IMG/VR virus record: IMGVR_UViG_3300043473_000082 | Span: 1-47,048 of that record | DNA from: a virus | Strand: one strand, 5' to 3' | DNA: 47,048 nt | Part shown: in pieces, positions 31,096 to 37,271 of the stretch | How the letters are laid out: each line of letters begins with the position of its first letter | Position numbering within the stretch: position 1 is the stretch's first letter | Translations under genes and position numbers: made by a program | Notes under the pieces: model-generated | What the model saw: only the letters and a program-made list of their open reading frames with translations | What the model was told of the DNA's origin: nothing | Database searches by the model: none

Positions 31096-32485
31096 GCTGC
31101 GGCACTACCAGGAGCGCATCGCCGGCTTCCTCTACGAGCACGATGAGGCGATCGGCGTGGCCCGTCCTGGCGGCGGCAAGACGGTGGCCGCCCTGACTGC
31201 AATTGAAGAGCTGATCCGCGACAAGCACATCCGCCACGCGCTGGTGATCGCGCCGAAGCGCGTGGCGCGTGTGGTGTGGCCGGACGAGATCAAGTTATGG
31301 GCGCACACAAAGGGCCTGTCCTATCAGGTGCTGACCGGCACGCCGCGGCAGCGCGCCGACATGCTGGCGGATTCCGCCGGGTTCAAGATCACCATCGTTG
31401 GCCTCGACGTGGTCGAGTGGTTGATCAAGGAGTTGCAGCAATATTATCCTGATGCCCACCCGCTGTTTGATCTACTGGTCATCGATGAGGTCAGCCGGCT
31501 TCGTAACCCCACCGGCAAGCGCGCGCAGTACCTGCTGCGTCACGTCAAGCGGTGGAAGATGCGCTGGGGCTTAAGCGGAACGCTGCGGCCCTCCGGCGCC
31601 GAAGACCTCTTCATGCCGGCCACCGTCATCACAAACGCGAAGCTGTGGGGGCGATCGTTTTACAAGTGGCGCCAGCAGCGGTTCTATCCGCTTGATTACA
31701 ACGGCTACAACTGGGCACCGCTGCCGGGTGCGGAGGAAACGATCAACCGCGAGATCGCACCGCTCTGCGTCACCCTTCGCGATGACGAGCTGCCGCAGCT
31801 GCCGGAACTGTCGGTGATCTTCGACCGCGTCGTACTGCCCGCCGCCGCCCGTAAGCAGTACGAGGACATGGAGCGCAAGCTGATGACGGGCCTCGGCGAT
31901 AATGTTGTGCTTGCGGCCTCGGCCGCGGTCGCGACGGGAAAGCTTGCTCAGATTGCCAACGGTTTCATCTACGACAATCAGCGTATCACCGAGCGAATCC
32001 ACGACGAGAAGCGGGACTGGCTCCAGGATATTATCGACAACGCGACTGGGCCAACGCTGCTGATCTACGAATACCGCGAGGATCTGGAAATGCTGCGCGA
32101 CATCCTCGGCGAGGATTTGCCGTATTTGGGCGATGGGGTCACCGACGTGAAATCGGATGCTCATATCGCCGCCTGGAATCGAAAAGAACTGCCCTTCATG
32201 GCGCTCCATCCTGCTTCCGGCGGCCACGGGCTGAACCTACAGCACGGCGGGTGCGACATGGCGTGGGTGTCGCCGACATGGTCACCGGAATTGTGGGAGC
32301 AAACAATTGCCCGCCTGCATCGTTCCGGTCAAATACACCCTGTGATCGTGCGCGTCTGTACGGCCGCCGACACTGTCGACCAGATGAAGATCAACCGCGT
32401 GCATCTTAAAATGACCGCGCAGGAAGCCTTCGAAGCGTATCTGCGCCAGGTCGATTACGCGGTGCCTAGTGCTAGCGCCAGTTGA
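31079..32485 (+). CDS. SNF2/DEAD-like superfamily 2 helicase
   Basis: 468 aa. Motif I ARPGGGKT, motif II LVIDEVSRLRN, motif VI QTIARLHRSGQ. Confidence 0.9.
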   Translation: MRQKSELRHYQERIAGFLYEHDEAIGVARPGGGKTVAALTAIEELIRDKHIRHALVIAPKRVARVVWPDEIKLWAHTKGLSYQVLTGTPRQRADMLADSAGFKITIVGLDVVEWLIKELQQYYPDAHPLFDLLVIDEVSRLRNPTGKRAQYLLRHVKRWKMRWGLSGTLRPSGAEDLFMPATVITNAKLWGRSFYKWRQQRFYPLDYNGYNWAPLPGAEETINREIAPLCVTLRDDELPQLPELSVIFDRVVLPAAARKQYEDMERKLMTGLGDNVVLAASAAVATGKLAQIANGFIYDNQRITERIHDEKRDWLQDIIDNATGPTLLIYEYREDLEMLRDILGEDLPYLGDGVTDVKSDAHIAAWNRKELPFMALHPASGGHGLNLQHGGCDMAWVSPTWSPELWEQTIARLHRSGQIHPVIVRVCTAADTVDQMKINRVHLKMTAQEAFEAYLRQVDYAVPSASAS

Positions 32486-32682
32486 TCTGGGTGTTGGAAG
32501 GCGTGCGCCTCATCGATCCGCCCGCGGATCAGGGCGTCGGCGATCTGGGTGTTGAGGTTGAAGAGCTGGTCGCGGTTGAGCAGATACCGGGCCGGGTGCT
32601 CGCCGTTAACTGACAGATTCAACACAGGTTGGGCGGCGGTGGGCAGGGTCAGGAAGACGTAGCGAGCTGGCGTCCCAGGCAT
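32455..32682 (-). CDS. Hypothetical protein
   Basis: 75 aa with strongly GC3-biased codons. Convergent with the SNF2 3' end and overlapping it by 31 nt. Confidence 0.6.
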   Translation of the reverse strand: MPGTPARYVFLTLPTAAQPVLNLSVNGEHPARYLLNRDQLFNLNTQIADALIRGRIDEAHAFQHPDQLALALGTA

Positions 32683-32777
32683 GTTCTCACCCTTGGTTTT
32701 TGGTGCCCCTGGTCACGATAGAGCACCGTAAATGCGGCCGCCATATTGCACCAAGGTACATTGTCCCCAAGGCCAGG

Positions 32778-33338
32778 CTATCGGTCCCGGTGCAGCCAGC
32801 GCGTCTCCGGCGCGCCGTCATAGCCGTGCTCGAATACCAGCCAGCAATAGTCGCTCTTACCGCCGCCGACCTTGCCGCCGGAGGTGATGACGTGGCCTGG
32901 CGGCATCGACGGCCGCGGCGTCAAGAGCCAGATCCGGCGTAGCGGTGTCTCGGCGAGCCAATGCGCGGCGTTGAGCCGGGCGGTCGGCATGATGACCGCC
33001 ACCTTGCGGATGGCGCGCTTGAGCGCGTGCTGGGTGAACGCCGGCAGGATGTCGAACGGCGGATTGGTGACGATGTTGGCGTGCATACCCTGATGGCTGA
33101 AGAAGTCCTGCCGGGTGGAATCCCAGCCGCGATCGGCGATGTCGGAACCGAGCGCCTGGTAGCCGGCTTGGAGCGCCGACACCACGATGCGGCCGAAGCC
33201 GCAGGCCGGGTCGTAGATCCGGCCGACGAATTTTTCCTCGTCAAACAGCCGCTCGCTCACCCATTCAGGCTCGACATAGTGCTCGTTGACGCGGGGGTAT
33301 GCGGGGGAATGCGGGACGTGGGTCCAAGGCTGCGACAT
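32778..33338 (-). CDS. N6-adenine-type DNA methyltransferase (orphan)
   Basis: 186 aa. SAM-binding motif I DPACGFG followed by catalytic motif IV NPPF. No adjacent endonuclease. Confidence 0.8.
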   Translation of the reverse strand: MSQPWTHVPHSPAYPRVNEHYVEPEWVSERLFDEEKFVGRIYDPACGFGRIVVSALQAGYQALGSDIADRGWDSTRQDFFSHQGMHANIVTNPPFDILPAFTQHALKRAIRKVAVIMPTARLNAAHWLAETPLRRIWLLTPRPSMPPGHVITSGGKVGGGKSDYCWLVFEHGYDGAPETRWLHRDR

Positions 33339-33550
33339 CAGTTGACTTCCTCGATCCGCTTGGCGCCGTCGGCGGTCCAGCGGTAGTTGACGGGTTCATC
33401 GACCTCGATGACGCGGGTGGCGCGCACCGAGGTCCAGCGATAGGACAGGTCGGCGACGTAGTGCTGGGCCTCGATCTCGGTGGCAAAGCGTGCCGTGTTG
33501 CCGGCCCATTCGTCGCCGCCGTAGGTTTTGACTTCTGGGGACCAGCTCAT
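33338..33550 (-). CDS. Hypothetical protein
   Basis: 70 aa. Its stop overlaps the downstream methyltransferase start by 1 nt (TGATG). Confidence 0.6.
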   Translation of the reverse strand: MSWSPEVKTYGGDEWAGNTARFATEIEAQHYVADLSYRWTSVRATRVIEVDEPVNYRWTADGAKRIEEVN

Positions 33551-33819
33551 GCGCGCCCCCTGGTGCGCTGGGGTGACGGCAACACGGCGTTAATATCCGT
33601 AGCCAGCGCCCGCATCGCGAGATCGAACTGTTCCCGGCTGCCGCGGGCGTTGGCCATCACAATGCCGCAGGCCTGGGCGGCGCCGATGTAGAACGTCATC
33701 CGCATGGATTCGCGCTGGTAGTCCTGGGCGCCGCCCTTGGTCAGCTGCTCGGCCATTTGCTGCCATAGCTCCCGCAGTGAATCCTGCGGGTCGAGTTCGA
33801 AGCAGATATGCTCGCTCAT
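33547..33819 (-). CDS. Hypothetical protein
   Basis: 90 aa with ATGA coupling at both ends. Confidence 0.6.
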   Translation of the reverse strand: MSEHICFELDPQDSLRELWQQMAEQLTKGGAQDYQRESMRMTFYIGAAQACGIVMANARGSREQFDLAMRALATDINAVLPSPQRTRGRA

Positions 33820-34202
33820 TTGCTTGTTCCCTGTATTTGCGCTGCTGCCTGCAATTGTTCGATCGCGCTTTTCTCCATTCGGTCGATTACCTCGGCCGGC
33901 GGCGTCGGTGCTTCATCGATCTCATCGATCACGGTCAGCGTGTCTTTGGCCTCTTCCATCAGCAACGTGGCGTTGACCATCTTGGTCGCCAGCTGGATCA
34001 AGAGCTTGCGGAAGCGGATGCTTTCGTGGCGGTAGCGATCGCGCTCCTCCACCATCATGACAACGCGGTCTTCCTCGCGATGCAGATCGGCCTTCAGTTG
34101 CTCGATCGTTTCTCTCGCGGTGATCAGCGCGTCGTTCATGTAGTTGACCTCGGCAAGTGCTGCCGCGCGGCGTTCGGTGGCGTCGGACACTATCTGGTTC
34201 AT
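33816..34202 (-). CDS. Hypothetical coiled-coil protein
   Basis: Internal ATG at 34202 forms an ATGA overlap with the Cro-like stop. 128 aa, heptad-rich. Confidence 0.6.
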   Translation of the reverse strand: MNQIVSDATERRAAALAEVNYMNDALITARETIEQLKADLHREEDRVVMMVEERDRYRHESIRFRKLLIQLATKMVNATLLMEEAKDTLTVIDEIDEAPTPPAEVIDRMEKSAIEQLQAAAQIQGTSK

Positions 34203-34465
34203 GCAGTCCTCTGGGTTTGGGATGTGGGCTTTTTCTTCTTCGCGCGCATGATCCTGGCCGGCTGGCGCATCGGCCACAAATGGTCGGGTGCAACCCGGCC
34301 GCGGGCGCGCAGTTCGTCCTGGATCAGCAGGTAGGTGTCGGCCGGAAACTTGCCGGCCGCGCGCCAGTTGTAGACGGCAGTCAGCGAGGCCGAGGTGATC
34401 TCGGCGATCGCCTCGATGCCGTTGAGCGCGTCGATGACGTCTTCTACGGAGTTGATGGTCGTCAT
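34199..34465 (-). CDS. Cro/YdaS-like small DNA-binding regulator
   Basis: 88 aa. AEITSASLTAVYNWRAAGKFPADTYLLI resembles Cro/YdaS-type HTH. First gene next to the palindromic operator. Confidence 0.6.
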   Translation of the reverse strand: MTTINSVEDVIDALNGIEAIAEITSASLTAVYNWRAAGKFPADTYLLIQDELRARGRVAPDHLWPMRQPARIMRAKKKKPTSQTQRTA

Positions 34466-34476
34466 GTGTTGTCCTT

Positions 34477-34525
34477 ATCTCAGATAATATGAATTTGCAA
34501 CTTGCAAATTCAGAATATCTGAGAT
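34477..34525. promoter_or_regulatory. 49-bp near-perfect palindrome (24-bp arms, 2 mismatches) in the AT-rich divergent control region
   Basis: ATCTCAGATAATATGAATTTGCAA-C-TTGCAAATTCAGAATATCTGAGAT. Contains the half-operators TCAGATAATATGA (34480-34492) and TCAGAATATCTGA (34510-34522). Confidence 0.8.
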
Positions 34526-34534
34526 ATACTGTGG

Positions 34535-34768
34535 ATGACGCGAATCATCAAGCTCAAGGAAAATATCATGATAAGCCCGGCCCAATTACGCATGCTCAAG
34601 GACTGCGCCGTGGACGGCGAGCCAACTGACTACGCCGACTTCTTCTTGCGCTCCGGCAGCTCGGCGCTTGGTTGGCGCAACCGGGAGCGCGTCATCGAAG
34701 CCCTGATCCGCAAGGATCTGCTGGACAGCGATCTGAAAGTCACCGAGCGCGGAAGGGCTTTGGTATGA
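34535..34768 (+). CDS. Small protein, possible winged-helix regulator
   Basis: 77 aa. First gene divergent from the Cro-like gene. An alternative start is at MISPAQL. Confidence 0.55.
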   Translation: MTRIIKLKENIMISPAQLRMLKDCAVDGEPTDYADFFLRSGSSALGWRNRERVIEALIRKDLLDSDLKVTERGRALV

Positions 34769-34857
34769 TCGACATCACCGCCGTGCTCGCCGCCGTCATC
34801 ACGGTCAGCACCCTGGTCACCATCTATGCTTTGCTGCTGTCGGAGCGCGTGCAATGA
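34765..34857 (+). CDS. 30-aa single-TM peptide
   Basis: MIDITAVLAAVITVSTLVTIYALLLSERVQ. ATGA-coupled on both sides. Confidence 0.45.
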   Translation: MIDITAVLAAVITVSTLVTIYALLLSERVQ

Positions 34858-35345
34858 AACACCCCCTCGTCAACCGCACATCACCGAAGGGTCAACCTTT
34901 CCTGGGGACGTGCGCGACATGCGGCAAGACCAATATTCCGCTTGATAAAGTATCAACGGAAGAATGCGAAAAGCCAGGCATGACGTATGAGCAAGCTATC
35001 CTCGCTGCCATTACGCCGGAGCGAGGGAAGCTGCTAATCATGATGTTGCTGTGCATGGCGCTGCTGCTGACCGTGACGGTGCAGGCGTTCGCGGCGGATC
35101 TCACGCCGGAAGAGAAGACCGAGATGCTGAAGCAGGCCTACCGGATCAATGGCGGCCGCATGGGCGGCCCCCTGGTCGACCTCACCTTAGTCCCGCCGCC
35201 GGAGGCCGAGCTGCCGCTGATCTACCCGGAGCCGCCGGTTAAGGTCACGGCGGTGGTGCCGAAAGCAGCATTGCGCGTTGACGTCTGCCGGCGCCACAAC
35301 ATGCGCAAGGTGGTCACGGGGCGATCCTGGCGCTGCCGGAAATAG
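34854..35345 (+). CDS. Membrane protein: Cys-containing N-terminal segment, central TM/signal-anchor, Pro-rich C-terminal domain
   Basis: 163 aa with GTCATCGK...C, then LLIMMLLCMALLLTVTVQAFA-AD, and a C-terminal VCRRHNMRKVVTGRSWRCRK. Confidence 0.65.
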   Translation: MKHPLVNRTSPKGQPFLGTCATCGKTNIPLDKVSTEECEKPGMTYEQAILAAITPERGKLLIMMLLCMALLLTVTVQAFAADLTPEEKTEMLKQAYRINGGRMGGPLVDLTLVPPPEAELPLIYPEPPVKVTAVVPKAALRVDVCRRHNMRKVVTGRSWRCRK

Positions 35346-35402
35346 GGTAAGGAGTATTGACCTGGAAAGTTGAAAAATTGAAAAAATTTTTGCGGAGGTC
35401 AA

Positions 35403-35445
35403 CGCACGGCACAGCAACGCTGTACCGTGCGGTGCATTCCGCACC
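35403..35445 (+). promoter_or_regulatory. Two adjacent stem-loops in the leader of the PEP-CTERM gene (also usable as terminator of the upstream operon)
   Basis: CGCACGGCACAGC-AAC-GCTGTACCGTGCG (one mismatch), then GGTGC-ATTCC-GCACC. Preceded by TTGACC (35357-35362) and an A/T-rich tract. Confidence 0.55.
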
Positions 35446-35466
35446 TTCCCTGATCAGGAGCATTCT

Positions 35467-36039
35467 ATGAGAAAACTTTTACTTGCGACCACGGCGTTAC
35501 TAGCTTTGACGACGGCCAGCCAGGCGGCGTTCGTTAATACCTTGGGAAATAACCCGACCTCTGCCACCGGGCACTTCTCCAACGCGGTGAACAACTCCAC
35601 GTTTGTGGATGATTTCACCTTCACGTTGAGTGGCGGAACGCAGTTTGTCGCGTTCGCTTCCGCCACCAACGACTTCGCCGGGCCGGGAGATTTCATCGCC
35701 AATTTCACCGGGCAGTTGTTCTCGTTCGGTACGGACTTGCTGCCGTTCACGGCGGATGACTTCGCGGTCAATCCGATTGCGACCCCGCATCCTTGCGCGG
35801 ACAACCCGGACAACTGCCAGGCCCTATCCGGCAGCGCCCTGCTCGCGGCGGGCGGCTATTACCTGCAGTTCACCGGCACCGGCGGCGGCACCGCCGGCTA
35901 CGGCGGCGACCTGACCACTGCGGCGGTTGCCGCGGTGCCGGAGCCGGCCACCTGGCTGATGATGATCCTTGGCTTCGCCGGCATCGGCAGCGTCTCGCTG
36001 TTCCGCCGCCGGGGCGAGCACCCGTTCCGGCTGGCGTAA
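35467..36039 (+). CDS. Secreted PEP-CTERM (PEPxxWA-type) sorting-domain protein with FxDxF motif
   Basis: 190 aa. Signal peptide MRKLLLATTALLALTTASQA, FVDDF motif, and C-terminus VPEPATWLMMILGFAGIGSVSLFRRRG (PEP motif + TM helix + Arg cluster). Confidence 0.8.
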   Translation: MRKLLLATTALLALTTASQAAFVNTLGNNPTSATGHFSNAVNNSTFVDDFTFTLSGGTQFVAFASATNDFAGPGDFIANFTGQLFSFGTDLLPFTADDFAVNPIATPHPCADNPDNCQALSGSALLAAGGYYLQFTGTGGGTAGYGGDLTTAAVAAVPEPATWLMMILGFAGIGSVSLFRRRGEHPFRLA

Positions 36040-36065
36040 CGCCGCGTTCGCCAGACGGCATCAGA

Positions 36066-36095
36066 GACGGGAGGACAGGCCCCTGTCCTCCCGTC
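36066..36095 (+). terminator. 13-bp GC-rich stem-loop just after the PEP-CTERM gene
   Basis: GACGGGAGGACAG-GCCC-CTGTCCTCCCGTC, starting 27 nt after the stop. No clear U-tract. Confidence 0.6.
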
Positions 36096-36117
36096 GACCA
36101 CCACCCAAGGCCAGCAC

Positions 36118-36321
36118 ATGAGCGACATCGTAAAAGAATACAGTGAACTTGTTTACCGCACAGAGTTGAACGAAGCACTCACCCGTATCGAACAGTTGGA
36201 AGCGGCGCTGCTGACGATCATGGACAACGCATATAACGGTGAGTGGACGTTGCCAAGTACGTTTGGCAACTGCGCTTGCGCCGCCCTCGACCAGAGTTCA
36301 CCGCCCAAGGCCAGCACATGA
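36118..36321 (+). CDS. RIEQLEAAL-motif minigene A
   Basis: 67 aa with TRIEQLEAAL and C-terminal AALDQSSPPKAST. Its ATG is supplied by the conserved leader CACCACCCAAGGCCAGCACATGA. Confidence 0.65.
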   Translation: MSDIVKEYSELVYRTELNEALTRIEQLEAALLTIMDNAYNGEWTLPSTFGNCACAALDQSSPPKAST

Positions 36322-36533
36322 CTGATGAGCACACCAAGTGGCTGCAACAACGGCTCCGTGAAACATCGGGAGAGTTGGTGCAGGCTAACGACCGCATCGA
36401 ACAACTGGAAGCGGCGCTGCGATGGATTGCCGATATCGAACCGGAATACGAATACCACGGCACGCTGAATGCGCAGGTGGTTCGCATTCTTGAAACCGCC
36501 CGCGCCGCCCTCGCACCGGAGCAGGATAAATGA
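36318..36533 (+). CDS. RIEQLEAAL-motif minigene B
   Basis: Internal ATG at 36318 (ATGA coupling, conserved leader). 71 aa with DRIEQLEAAL and ARAALAPEQDK. Confidence 0.65.
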   Translation: MTDEHTKWLQQRLRETSGELVQANDRIEQLEAALRWIADIEPEYEYHGTLNAQVVRILETARAALAPEQDK

Positions 36534-36715
36534 CATTCGATGACTTGCTCATTGAGCACGATGTAACGCGGGAAGAAAGAACCGCTTTGGTGTGGCGGCT
36601 GGCGGCACTTCGGGCACAACGCACCGTTGAACGGTTGATGGATGACACTGAGTTTAAAAGGCGGCGAAAGGAATTTCTGGACGTACTACGCGACACACTG
36701 GAGCAGGACAAATGA
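36530..36715 (+). CDS. Minigene C (no RIEQLEAAL motif)
   Basis: 61 aa with ATGA coupling at both ends. Confidence 0.55.
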   Translation: MTFDDLLIEHDVTREERTALVWRLAALRAQRTVERLMDDTEFKRRRKEFLDVLRDTLEQDK

Positions 36716-36918
36716 GCGAAGAAAAAATGAGTTTGATCGAAGAGTTGCAAAACCCTCCTTACCCTGAAGGTGGCCATCTCGATGATCTAATACAAAGCGC
36801 CGCCGCCCGCATCGAACAACTCGAAGCGGCGCTGCGGGAGATTGCCATATACAACGACAATATAACCAAGACCATACGCGAACTCGACCAGAGTTCACCG
36901 CCCAAGGCCAGCCCATGA
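36712..36918 (+). CDS. RIEQLEAAL-motif minigene D
   Basis: 68 aa with ARIEQLEAAL and ELDQSSPPKASP. Its 3' 36 nt are nearly identical to the 3' end of minigene A. Confidence 0.65.
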   Translation: MSEEKMSLIEELQNPPYPEGGHLDDLIQSAAARIEQLEAALREIAIYNDNITKTIRELDQSSPPKASP

Positions 36919-37271
36919 CGATAGATTGGCAGATGGAAGCAGACCGCGCCAACCGACTTTATGGTGACGCTTCCCGTCGCATCGAACAACTGGAAGCGGC
37001 GCTCCATCAAATGAACGACGCATTTACTGCTGCTTATAATACTGCTGCTTCTGCGCGCATCGAACAACTGGAAGCGGCGCTACGGGATGGCAAGAATTGG
37101 TTACGGCGTAACGCAAACGCAGAGAAAGAACCGGCGGCACGTGCTGCATTCATTGAAGCCCACAACGCTTTTGCCGAAATCGCCCGCGCCGCCCTCGACC
37201 AGCTACCCGCCCCCGAAGAATCCAAAGCTGCCCATGCCGCCGCCGAGGCCCGCACCGCCACCCATCTCTAG
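36915..37271 (+). CDS. RIEQLEAAL-motif minigene E (two motif copies)
   Basis: 118 aa with RRIEQLEAAL, ARIEQLEAAL and ARAALDQLPAPEESK. Its 3' end overlaps the convergent 1145-aa gene by 69 nt. Confidence 0.6.
   Translation: MTIDWQMEADRANRLYGDASRRIEQLEAALHQMNDAFTAAYNTAASARIEQLEAALRDGKNWLRRNANAEKEPAARAAFIEAHNAFAEIARAALDQLPAPEESKAAHAAAEARTATHL

Noticed and set aside
34199-34768. The Cro-like gene, the palindromic operator and the divergent small gene, considered as evidence of a temperate lifestyle.
   Set aside because: No integrase, excisionase, CI-like repressor with a peptidase domain, partition genes or attachment site could be recognised. The switch may simply time early and accessory transcription, so lifestyle is left open.
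36183-37081. Five spaced copies of a 26-nt repeat, which could superficially suggest a CRISPR-like array.
   Set aside because: Spacing is irregular (about 78-415 nt). The repeats are always in frame inside ATGA-coupled small ORFs, encoding RIEQLEAAL. The repeat is not palindromic, and no cas genes are present.
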